A program made the translations under genes and the position numbers. The notes under the pieces are model-generated. The model was not told where the DNA came from and did not search any database. It saw nothing but the letters and a program-made list of their open reading frames with translations. This document shows positions 46,040 through 57,497 of a stretch of 64,000 bases of DNA, one piece after another. Source of the DNA: an uncultured Chloroflexia bacterium (GTDB lineage: Bacteria > Chloroflexota > Limnocylindria > Limnocylindrales > CSP1-4); NCBI GenBank assembly GCA_963700245.1, contig CAVOWV010000022.1, positions 220,787 to 284,786 on the forward strand, given 5' to 3'. Each line of letters begins with the position of its first letter. Position 1 is the stretch's first letter.

Positions 46040-46789
46040 CTACGGCGCCGGGGGCGCGATCCGCTCGAGCATGTCCACGGTGGCGGCGGCGACCTGCGCC
46101 TGCTGCTCCTCGCGGGAGATCGTCGCGACCCCGTCGTTGGGCTGGCCCGTGTAGTAGCCCATCTGCTCGTGGTTGCCGCCCTCGATCGGGACGAACACCG
46201 TGTCGGGGGGCAGCTGTGCCCTGGCCTCGGGCCCGGACATGCGGGCGGCACCCGGATCCTCGGTCCCGTAGATCGACGTGACGGCGATGGGCGCCGCGGA
46301 CAGATCCGTCGCGGGGTAGGACGCCCAGAACGCGAGTCCCTCGATCGTGTCCAGGTGGTCGCTCGTGTACTGCGCGGCCATCGAGCCGCCCAGCGAGTGG
46401 CCGGCCATGGCCCAGGTGGCGACCTCGGGGTGCGCGGCGATCGCGGCGTCGGCCGCCCCGATCCCGAAGACCGCGAGGTTGAACGGCATCGGGGTGATCG
46501 CGACCAGGTAGCCCTCGGCCGCGATCTGCTGGGCGAGGGGTCCGTACGCCTCGGGCGGCACCTTCCCGCCGGGGTAGATGACGAGCCCTGTCGAGTAGTC
46601 GCCGTCGGCGGGCGCCCACTCCAGGCGGCCGTCGTTGTCGACGAAGGTGACCTCGGGCGTGGAGGCGAGCGACGCGGTCGCCTCGGGCAGGACCGGCTGG
46701 GGCTGCGTGTACCACAGCCAGCCGACGACGGCGACGGCGAGGACGACGAGCAGGGCGATGCCGACGGTTCTGCGGCGGGGGCGTCTCAC
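46040..46789 (-). CDS. Membrane-anchored alpha/beta hydrolase
   Basis: GTG start at 46789 (VRRPRRRTVGIALLVVLAVAVV..). Nucleophile elbow GHSLGG. The start overlaps the alternative-frame stop of the upstream gene as GTGA (46786-46789). Confidence 0.7.
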   Translation of the reverse strand: MRRPRRRTVGIALLVVLAVAVVGWLWYTQPQPVLPEATASLASTPEVTFVDNDGRLEWAPADGDYSTGLVIYPGGKVPPEAYGPLAQQIAAEGYLVAITPMPFNLAVFGIGAADAAIAAHPEVATWAMAGHSLGGSMAAQYTSDHLDTIEGLAFWASYPATDLSAAPIAVTSIYGTEDPGAARMSGPEARAQLPPDTVFVPIEGGNHEQMGYYTGQPNDGVATISREEQQAQVAAATVDMLERIAPPAP

Positions 46790-47470
46790 GGGGTGGGCTC
46801 CAGGCGGTTGGGGCCGGCGACGGGCGCGTCGTCCGGCTGGTCGGCGACGGCCGATCCCCACTCCGGGGTGTCGGCCGGTTCGGGCGGCCCGTCGTACGGG
46901 GGCAGGTCCCCGCGGGCCACGGAGACATCGATGGACGACGCCAGGGTCGCCGGTGTCCACGACGCGGAACGGGATGCCGAGCGCCGCGAGGTCCGCGAAC
47001 AGGTCGCCCGGCATGCGGTCGGCGGCGAGGCCGCGGAAGGCATCGAGGTGCGCGACGGGCAGGAGCACCGGGAACCCGGGCTCGCCCCGGTACGCCGGCT
47101 GCACCACGGTCGCCCGGTCCTCACCGTGGGTGGCGATGAGCGTGGTGACGGTCTCCGCGTCCACCCAGGCGAGGCGGGCCGGCCAGACGAGCGCGGCCTG
47201 CGTGTCGGTCACAAGCCGCATCGCGGCCTCGATGCCGTTGACGATCTGGCCAACGGGACCGGCCTCGCGGGGTGCCGGGTCCGCGAGGGTGACCTCTGCG
47301 TTCGCGAGCGCGGCAGCCACCTCTCCGTCGGGGTCGAACGAGCACACGACGACGGGCGTCGCGCCGCCCGCCCAGGCCACGTCAGCAAGCCGCCGGGCGG
47401 CAGGTGTGCCGGCAGCGTCGGCGAGGGCGGACGCCTGGCTCGCAGCCAGGATCACGGCGGCGACGGTCAA
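46786..47470 (-). CDS. MobA/MocA-like nucleotidyltransferase-family protein (one frame disruption near 46938)
   Basis: Starts MTVAAVILAAS... The sequence ..LVWPARLAWVDAETVTTLI..VVQPAYRGEPGFPVLLP.. fits the NTP_transf_3 pattern, but the Gly-rich loop is degenerate. The C-terminus (SSIDVSVARGDLPPY..LEPTP*) lies in ORF 46786-47124. Confidence 0.6.
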
Positions 47471-47610
47471 TGTGTGCTCCTCGTGCTCGCCGGGAGTGTA
47501 TCCGCCGGAACCTTTCGGGGCGGCGCGGGTTATTGTCGGGTGGGGCCGCGAGCCGGCGCCGCAGAAGATGTCATGCCCGCGGATCGCCCGGCGGGCAAGG
47601 GGAGTCAGCG

Positions 47611-50600
47611 CTGCGCCATCCGTTCGGACTGTGGTCGGTCGTGCTGCGTCGGAGCCGTTCCGACTGGCCGGTCGTCTTCGCGTCGTGGGCCCTCCTGGCC
47701 AGCGCGCTGGGCCTGCTGGCGGCCGGCACGCTGTACACCGATGCGGTCACGCTCGCCGGCCTGCACCGGGAGCTGGCCGTAGCGCCCGCGGTGGACCGCT
47801 CCATCGTCGTCAGGACGCAGATCCTCCCGGAGATCCTGCCGATCGCGGACGCAGCCATCACCCCCGAGCTGGAGCGGGTCATCGCGCCCACCGGCGGCGA
47901 GATCACGCGGGTGCTCCGGTCTGGCCCGTACGCGGACGCCGCGACGCAACCGGACGCGGTCGCCGACCTGGTCCTGTTCGCCGCCCTCGAGGGTGTGCGC
48001 GACCACGCGACGATCGCCGCCGGGCGCTGGCCGGAGCCTGGCGGCACGCCGGTCGAGGTCGCCGTGTCCGAGCCTGCCGCGGGAATTCTCAACGTTGCCC
48101 CCGGCGACCGCATCCCCCTGGTGGGGCGCCTGGACGGGAGGCCGGTGGAGGCCGTGGTGACGGGCACCTGGCGCGCCGACCCCGCGGATCCCTACTGGCT
48201 GGGCGACCCGCTGCTCCTGGCCGGGAACGAGCCGGGTGGCTCGTTCAGGCTGGTCGGGCCGCTCCTGGCCGAGGCGGCGGACCTCGAGGGCCCCCTGGCC
48301 GGCGGTCGCCCGGTGGACGCCCAATGGCGCGCAATCCCGGACCTCGCTGGTTTCCGGCCGGAGAACCTGGACGAGGTCGCGGCGTCCCTGCCGGGGCTCC
48401 TGGGGGAGGTGAACGCGGCGCTGCCCGGGTCGAACCAGGCCACGGTCGCCACGAAGCTCGCGGCGATCGTCGCCTCGGTCGACCGCTCGGTCCTCGTCGC
48501 CCAGTCGGGCATCCTGCTGTTGCTGGTCCAGTTCGGCGTGCTCGCGGGCTACTCGGTGATCCTGGTCGCAGCCCTGCTCGTGGACCGGCGGCGGCCCGGG
48601 ACCGCCCTGCTGCAAGCACGCGGCGCCGGGTTCGGACACCTGGTCCGGATGGCGACGGGCGAGGCGCTCGTGATCGTGGTTCCCGCCGTCCTCGCGGCCC
48701 CGTGGATCGCGTCACTCCTGGTCACGGCGGTAGGACTGAACCCGGCGCTGGAGGGCGTGGGCCTGACCGCACCGCTGCCCACACCGGCCACGTTCGGGGT
48801 CGCGGCGATCACCGGTCTGCTCGCCCTGCTGGCGCTCGTGCTGCCGACGCTCTCGACCGGCCTCAGGTTCGCCGGGATCCGGGCCGCGGTCGGACGACAG
48901 GTCGGGCGGACCCTGCCGCAGCGGCTCGGTCTCGATCTTGCGCTCGTGCTCCTCGCCGCCCTGGCGCTGTTCCAGCTGCGCCTCTACGGTGCCCCGATCA
49001 CCCGCAACGCCCGGGGTGCGCTCGGGGTGGACCCGCTGCTGGTCGCGGCGCCCGCGATCGGGCTGCTGGCCGGGGCGGTGATCGCGGTCCGGATCGTCCC
49101 GCGCATCGCGGAGATCGCGGAGCGGGTGCTCTCCCGTGGGCGCGGCCTCGTGCCCTCGATGGGTGGACGCCAGGTCGCCCGTCGGCCGTTGCGCTACACG
49201 CGGGCCGCGCTCCTGCTCGTGCTCGCTGCCGCACTCGGCACGTTCGCCTCAGCGCACGCCGCGACGTGGACGAGGAGCCAGGCCGACCAGGCCGCGTTCG
49301 TCTCGGGGGCGGATGTGCGCCTCGAGCCCGGGACGCAGTCCGCGGTGCCGGATTGGGCGCTCGGCGAGGCGCTGCGCAGCCTCCCCGGCGTCACGGCCGC
49401 CACGCCGGTGGTGGAGGCGAGCGTCAGCCTGGGCACCGCGCTGCGTGACGGCAAGGTCCTGGGGATCGATGGCCCGGCCATGGCCGACGTCGTACGCCAG
49501 CCGGACCCGACGAGCGCGGACGCCACCCGCGGGATGCTGCAGTCGCTGGCAGAAGGCCGGCCCGCCGCCCCGGGTCTCGCGGTGGCCGACGGCACGAGCC
49601 GCCTCTCGGTCGTCATCGACTCGACGTTCACGGCCGAGGCGGGCTTCGAGACGGTCCCGTCCGGCTACGAGGGCCTCGACGTGGCCGCGGTGGTCGTCGA
49701 CGGCGACGGGAGGATCTCGCGCCTCGAGGGCACGGCGGCGGCGCTCGGGGTCGAGGGGGCGCGATCCGTCATCGCCCTCGAGCCGCCCGGCGCGGCGGGA
49801 GCCCTGACGCCGCCGGTCCACGTCCTCGCGATCGAGCTCGAGCTGTCCCTCACCGGGCTGCCGGACACGCTGGCCAGCGGCGTCATCACCGTCCGCGCGC
49901 TGGGAACGAGCCCCGACCCGGCCGGGGACAGCTGGACCGACACCGCGCTCGAGGACATCTCCCCGCAGTCGTGGACCATCGACGACGGCGGAGGTGGCGT
50001 TCCCTACGAGCCGGCCCAGCCGGGGGAGCTCGTCGTCCCCATCGCCGGTCCCTCCGCCGGTACGGAGTGGCGGCTCTCCTTCGGCCGTGTCAGCGCTCCG
50101 GAGATCGCCGCCCTCGCGAACCCGGTGTTCCTCGAGCGCACGGGCGCCCAGGTGGGCGACATGCTCGAGGCGAGCATCTTCGGCCTGCCCGTCACGATCC
50201 GCCTGCTCGGCGCGGTCGACGGCTTTCCGTCCCAGCCGTCCGCGAAGCCGCTGCTCCTCGTCGATGGCCCATCGCTGGATCTCGCCCGCTACGCCGGCGG
50301 CGTGACCCTCGCCCCGACAGCCGAGTGGTGGATCGCCACGGCCGCGGGCACGTCCGGGGGCGTCGCGGACCTTGCGATCGCGGCGCCGATCGCGGCCTCG
50401 GTCATCGCCGAGCGCTCGGGTCTCGAGGCCGACCTCGCCGGTGATCCGCTCGGGCTCGCGGTCATCGGCATCCTGGGGCTCGGGTCCATCGCGGCCCTGG
50501 TGTTCGCGGCGATCGGGTTCCTCGTGACGACCACGGTGTCCACGCAGGAGCGGCTGGGCGAGTTCGCCCTGCTCAAGGCGCTCGGCCTCGCCCCGCGGCA

Positions 50601-50883
50601 GCTGTTCCGCTGGCTGACGCTGGAGAACGCCGCGCTGCTGGTCGTGGGCCTGCTCGCCGGGATCATGCTCGGGATCCTGCTCGCCTGGCTGACGCTCCCG
50701 TTTGCCACGCTGACGGCAACCGGCGAGCCGCCGGTCCCTGCACCCGTCGTCGTGGTACCGCTGGATGCGCTCCTGCCCACCGTGGTGCTGGCCGTGTTCC
50801 TGGTCGGCGCGTCGATGGTGCTCGTGCGACGCCTCGTGCCCGCCGCGCGGACGAGCGCGGTCCTCCGGGCGAAGGACGAGTAG
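47611..50883 (+). CDS. ABC transporter permease, FtsX family, duplicated (two FtsX modules, large extracytoplasmic regions)
   Basis: The ORF is open from 47404. No ATG lies near the N-terminal TM helix. I chose the CTG at 47611 (AAGGGGAG 6 nt upstream); GTG 47641 is the alternative. FtsX module 1: ..LLLVQFGVLAGY..LLQARGAG... Module 2: ..STQERLGEFALLKALGLAPRQL.. Confidence 0.75.
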   Translation: MRHPFGLWSVVLRRSRSDWPVVFASWALLASALGLLAAGTLYTDAVTLAGLHRELAVAPAVDRSIVVRTQILPEILPIADAAITPELERVIAPTGGEITRVLRSGPYADAATQPDAVADLVLFAALEGVRDHATIAAGRWPEPGGTPVEVAVSEPAAGILNVAPGDRIPLVGRLDGRPVEAVVTGTWRADPADPYWLGDPLLLAGNEPGGSFRLVGPLLAEAADLEGPLAGGRPVDAQWRAIPDLAGFRPENLDEVAASLPGLLGEVNAALPGSNQATVATKLAAIVASVDRSVLVAQSGILLLLVQFGVLAGYSVILVAALLVDRRRPGTALLQARGAGFGHLVRMATGEALVIVVPAVLAAPWIASLLVTAVGLNPALEGVGLTAPLPTPATFGVAAITGLLALLALVLPTLSTGLRFAGIRAAVGRQVGRTLPQRLGLDLALVLLAALALFQLRLYGAPITRNARGALGVDPLLVAAPAIGLLAGAVIAVRIVPRIAEIAERVLSRGRGLVPSMGGRQVARRPLRYTRAALLLVLAAALGTFASAHAATWTRSQADQAAFVSGADVRLEPGTQSAVPDWALGEALRSLPGVTAATPVVEASVSLGTALRDGKVLGIDGPAMADVVRQPDPTSADATRGMLQSLAEGRPAAPGLAVADGTSRLSVVIDSTFTAEAGFETVPSGYEGLDVAAVVVDGDGRISRLEGTAAALGVEGARSVIALEPPGAAGALTPPVHVLAIELELSLTGLPDTLASGVITVRALGTSPDPAGDSWTDTALEDISPQSWTIDDGGGGVPYEPAQPGELVVPIAGPSAGTEWRLSFGRVSAPEIAALANPVFLERTGAQVGDMLEASIFGLPVTIRLLGAVDGFPSQPSAKPLLLVDGPSLDLARYAGGVTLAPTAEWWIATAAGTSGGVADLAIAAPIAASVIAERSGLEADLAGDPLGLAVIGILGLGSIAALVFAAIGFLVTTTVSTQERLGEFALLKALGLAPRQLFRWLTLENAALLVVGLLAGIMLGILLAWLTLPFATLTATGEPPVPAPVVVVPLDALLPTVVLAVFLVGASMVLVRRLVPAARTSAVLRAKDE

Positions 50884-50885
50884 CG

Positions 50886-53668
50886 ATGGCCTGGACGATC
50901 GTCGCCCTGCGAAGGATCCGGATGGACCTGGCGCCCACGCTGGGCGTCCTCGTGCTCGTGCTCGCCACCGCGCTGATCGCCGCGCTGGCACCGCGCGTCC
51001 TGGCGTCACTCGCGGACGATGCGGTTCGGGGCGCGGTGGCTGCCGCCCCGGCCGCCGCGCAGAACATCGTCCTGGCCGAGCACACCACCCTCGGCGAGGG
51101 GCCTCCTGGCGACCCACTGGCCGAGGTCAGGGCTGCCGGCAATGCGCTGCGCGAGGCGTTCCCGCCCCGCGTGGAGGGGCTGGTGGCGTCCCAGGACGTC
51201 GTGGTCGAGAGCAACCGCTTCCGGCTCCAGAAGCCGACGACGGACCCGGCGTTCATCCGCTTCCGGATCCAGGAGGGGATCGACGACCACATCCGCTACG
51301 TGGATGGTCGAGCCCCGACCGCGACGGTTGAGACCCGCGACGATGTCGGCCCGGAGGCCCTGGACGGCGTGCCCGTGCTCGAGACCGGGGTGTCGCGCGC
51401 GACCGCCGACCGCTTCGGTCTCGCGGTCGGCGAGGTCGTGGAGCTGCTCGGCGACCCGGGCGATCCGCTCCTCGGGCGCACGCCCCAGGACGTCTACGCC
51501 TTCGCCCGGATCACGGGCATCTACGAGGTCCGGGACGAGGCCGCCGACTTCTGGCTCGATGACCCGCTTGCGATCCACCCGGTCATCCGAGCCCTGTCGA
51601 GCGAGGTCCAGCTCCTGGACGCGGCCCTGGTCGTCGACCCGCAACCCATGCGTCGCTGACCGGGTTCTACGGGCAGCTGGGCCGGCCGCTGCGCTACACG
51701 TGGCGCTACTTCGTCGACGACGGGGCGATCACCGCGCGGGCCGTGCCGGGGCTCATCACCGCCTTCCGTCGCCTCGAGGTGCAATACCCGTCCGCGAACG
51801 TGACGGCGGCCGGCAACACGGCGATGCGGACGGGGCTCCTGGAGCTCCTCCAGGCCTTCGACTCCGCGTGGGCGGCTGCCGAGTCGATCGTGGCCGTCAT
51901 GGCCGTCGGTCCCGCGCTGGTCGCCCTGGCCACGCTCGCGCTGGTGGCTGTCCTCGCCGCCCGTCGCCGGCGGGCGACCATGGCCCTTGCCCGGGGCCGC
52001 GGAGCCTCGGGTGGGCAGGTGCTCCTGCCCACGCTGGTCGAGGGCCTCGTGGTCGCGATCCCACCCGCCGTGCTCGCCATGGTGGCAGCCGTCCTGCTGG
52101 TGGATGGCGGCCGGGCATGGCCCTCCGTGGCGATGGCGGCCGCGGTGGTCGCGCTCGCGGTGGCGATCCTGGTCGGGACGGTGGTTCCCACGGCCCGCGG
52201 GCTCGGCCCGGAGCGGCAGCAGGGCGAGGAGGCGGTGGGTCGCGCCGGCGGGCGGCGCCTGGTCGTCGAGGTGCTGGTCGTCGCCCTGGCCGCGGGTGCC
52301 GCGTACCTGCTGAGCGAGCGGGGCGTGGGAGGGCCGCTCCAGCGTGTCGGCGATGGTGCCGCTTCCGGCGGTGGTCCCGCCGTCGGCGGCTTCGACCCCC
52401 TCATCGCCGCGGTGCCCGCGCTCGTCGGGATCGCCGCCGGGATCGTCGCCGTGCGCCTCTACCCGCTGGTGATGCGCGGTGTGTCCGGTCTGGCCCGTCG
52501 GCGGCGGGGACTCGTTCCCATGCTGGCCGCCCGGCGGGCGTCCGAGGGTGGCGGGTCGGCGGTGCTCCTGGTGCTGCTGGCGACGGCGACCGTGGGGGCG
52601 TTCGGGGCCGTTGCCCTGGACAGCCTCGACCGCGGCGCGGACCTGGCGGCCTGGAACTCCGTGGGGGCCAGCCATCGCGTCGAGCCACCCACGGGTGCGC
52701 TGCCGACGGGCTTCGACGCGACCACGCTGCCGGGGGTCGAGGCCGCCGCTACGGAGTTCCAGGGCAACATTCCCCTGGGCCTGGCCGGGCCGCAGACCCT
52801 GTTCGTCGCCGTGGAGGCGCAACGGCTGGCCGAGGTGCTCGCCGGGACGCCCGTGGCGCCCGTGTACCCGCCGGGGTTCACGGAGCCCGGTTCCGGTCCG
52901 ATCCCCGCCATCATCGCGACCTCGGTCGCGGAGAGTCCGCGCGGCGTCAAGCTTGGTGAGACGTTCACGATGAGCGTGGAGGGCCACAACCTGACCTACC
53001 GCGCCGCGAAGGCCGTCGACTCCTTCCCCGGCCTGCCGGCCGGGCGAGGGTTCGTGGTCGTGCCCCGGGAGTGGATCGCGGCCCAGGCTCCTGCCGCCCG
53101 GATGGTGCCGGGCGTGGCACTCGTGCGCGCCCCCGCGGAGGCGGCGGACGCCATCCGTGCCGAGCTGGCTGCCACGCAACCCACGCTGACCGTGCGCTCC
53201 CAGGCCGAGGATGCCGAGGCGCGCCGGGCGGCACCGGTGACCGGGGCGGTCCGGTCGCTGATCCTGTTCGCGGTCCTCGTCACCGCCGGCTATGCCGCGC
53301 TGGGCGTGGCCGCCGCGCTCGCGCTCGCCGGACTGGCTCGAGCCCTGGAGGTCGCCCATCTGCGCACCCTGGGCCTCACGGCGCGCCAGTCGCTGGCCCT
53401 CCAGGCGGGAGAGCATGGGCCGACAACGCTCGCCGCGTTCGTCGCCGGCGGACTCCTGGGAGTGGGGCTGTTCGCCTTCCTGCGGCCCGTCCTGGGCCTG
53501 GGGACCCTTGTCGGCGCCCCCGTCGAGGTGCCGGTTGTCATCGATCCCCCCGTCCTGCTCGTGATCCTGGTCATGATGACCGCCGTCGTGGCATTCGGGC
53601 TCCTGCTCGGCGCCGCGCTCCAGCGCCGGGTGGCGCCAGTGGCCGCACTTCGAGGAAGATCAGCGTGA
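50886..53668 (+). CDS. Second duplicated FtsX-family ABC permease (one frame disruption near 51643)
   Basis: ATG 3 nt after the permease-1 stop. ORF 50886-51659 continues as ..HASLTGFYGQLGRPLRYTWRYFVDD.. in the frame of ORF 51743-53668. FtsX modules: ..MALARGRGASGGQ.. and ..LEVAHLRTLGLTARQ.. Confidence 0.75.
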
Positions 53669-54684
53669 TGCCGAACCCGCCGCCTGTCGACGATCGCCCC
53701 GATCCCCTCGCGGGCGCCACCCTCCGTACAGCCCCACGCCTCCGGTATGGAGACGGGGCCGTCATCGTCTGCGACGGTCTCGTCCGCATCTTCAAGCTGG
53801 CCGAGCTGGAGGTCGTCGCGCTCCAGGGCCTCGATCTCCTCGTGGACGGCGGCGAGATGATCGCCATCGTCGGCGCATCCGGGAGCGGCAAGTCGACGCT
53901 GCTTGCCATCCTCGGCGGCATGGATGTCCCGTCCGCGGGCCGGGCCGTCGTGGCGGGCTACGACCTCGGCCGGATGAGCAACTCGGACCGCACCCGGTTC
54001 CGCCGCCGCACCGTCGGGTTCGTCTGGCAGCAGACCGGGCGGAACCTGATCCCGTACCTGTCGGCGGTCGACAACGTGGAGCTGCCGATGGTGCTCGACG
54101 GCCGGAAGCGGCGTCGTGCGCGCGCGCTGGAGCTCCTCGACCTCGTGGGGCTCACCGACCGTGCGGGACATCGGCCCGACCGGCTCTCGGGTGGCGAGCA
54201 GCAGCGCGTGGCGATCGCGGTCGCCCTCGCCAACGACCCCAGCGTCATCCTGGCTGACGAGCCGACGGGCGAGCTCGACAGCCGCACGTCCGCCGAGGTG
54301 TTCGGGCTGCTCCGCCGGGTCAACCGCGAGATGGGCACGACGATCGTGATCGTGACGCACGACGCGTTCGTGTCCGAGCAGGTGGGCCGCACCGTGGCGA
54401 TCCGCGACGGTCGCACCAGCAGCGAGACCCTTCGCCGCACCGAGCAGACCGACGACGGGCATCGGGTCATCAGCGAGGAGTACGCGGTGCTCGACCGTGC
54501 CGGCCGGCTCCAGCTGCCGCGTGCTCACGTGGAGGCGCTCGACCTGCAGAACCGGGTCAGGCTGCGTCTCGAGGAGGACCACGTGGGGGTGTGGCCCGAT
54601 GTCCGCGATCGAGCCCCCGGCCCGGACGCCCCCGTCGCGTCCCCACCGCCGTCGACCCCAGTCAGCCCGGAGGAACCCCGATGA
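53668..54684 (+). CDS. ABC transporter ATP-binding protein with a C-terminal extension of about 90 aa
   Basis: The ATG overlaps the permease-2 stop (TGATG). Walker A GASGSGKST, signature LSGGEQQRV, Walker B ILADEPT. The tail contains an AbrB/SpoVT-like pattern: VLDRAGRLQLPRAHVEALDLQNRVRLRLEEDHVGVWP. Confidence 0.88.
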   Translation: MPNPPPVDDRPDPLAGATLRTAPRLRYGDGAVIVCDGLVRIFKLAELEVVALQGLDLLVDGGEMIAIVGASGSGKSTLLAILGGMDVPSAGRAVVAGYDLGRMSNSDRTRFRRRTVGFVWQQTGRNLIPYLSAVDNVELPMVLDGRKRRRARALELLDLVGLTDRAGHRPDRLSGGEQQRVAIAVALANDPSVILADEPTGELDSRTSAEVFGLLRRVNREMGTTIVIVTHDAFVSEQVGRTVAIRDGRTSSETLRRTEQTDDGHRVISEEYAVLDRAGRLQLPRAHVEALDLQNRVRLRLEEDHVGVWPDVRDRAPGPDAPVASPPPSTPVSPEEPR

Positions 54685-55432
54685 CGGAGCGGTACGCCCG
54701 CCCGGGCCCGGAGCGGGAGGCGATGGTGGTCGCGTCCGGCCTGGTCCGCGACTACACGAGCGGTGACGATGTCGTCCATGCGCTGCGCGGGATCGATGTC
54801 CGTGTCGCGCGTGGAGAGCTCCTCGCCGTGCGCGGCCGATCGGGAGCGGCAAGACCACGCTCCTCAACCTGCTCGGTGGCCTCGACTGGCCAACCTCGGG
54901 CACGGTGATCGTGGACGGCACGGAGGTCTCGGCGCTGGACGAGGATGCGTCGGCGGACGTCCGCCGCCGGACGGTGGCGTTCGTGTTCCAGACCTTCGGG
55001 CTCATCCCGATCCTGACCGCGGCCGAGAACGTCGAGGTCCCGCTGCGGCTCGTCGGCGCGGAGCCTCGTGAGCGCGACCGCCGGGTCATGGAGCTGCTGG
55101 ACCTGGTGGGCCTCGGGCCGCGCGCACAGCATCGGCCACACGAGCTCTCCGGGGGCGAGCAGCAGCGGGTGGCGATCGCACGGGCGCTCGCCAACCGGCC
55201 CAAGCTCCTGCTCGCCGATGAGCCGACCGGACAGCTGGACTCCGAGACGGGGCAGCGGATCATGCTGCTGATCCGGACCGTGGTGAGGGCCGAGGGGGTG
55301 ACCGCGATCGTGGCCACCCACGACCCGATCATGCTCGAGGTGGCCGACCGGGCGATCGAGCTGCTGGACGGCCGCCTGGTGGCGCCCGGTTCATCGACGG
55401 AGACCCAGGGAGCGCCCGTCTCACGGCCCTGA
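54681..55432 (+). CDS. ABC transporter ATP-binding protein (one frame disruption near 54843, inside Walker A)
   Basis: ATGA overlap with the previous gene, and GGAGG 7 nt upstream. Walker A reads RGRSG|SGKTT across the shift. Then LSGGEQQRV and LLADEPT in ORF 54905-55432. Confidence 0.85.
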
Positions 55433-55484
55433 CGGACGGGGCCAGCGCCCGAATGGCCCGCATGTGCGACACTTCGCCCCGCCC

Positions 55485-57472
<1,988 letters not shown>

Positions 57473-57497
<25 letters not shown>

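Noticed and set aside
46635-53416. Long alternative-frame or antisense ORFs across the ABC permease genes (46635-49448 +, 49249-51117 -, 51521-53416 -, 51019-52959 +).
   Set aside because: Arg/Gly/Pro-rich with no TM helices or domains. The chosen frames give coherent FtsX-type membrane proteins.
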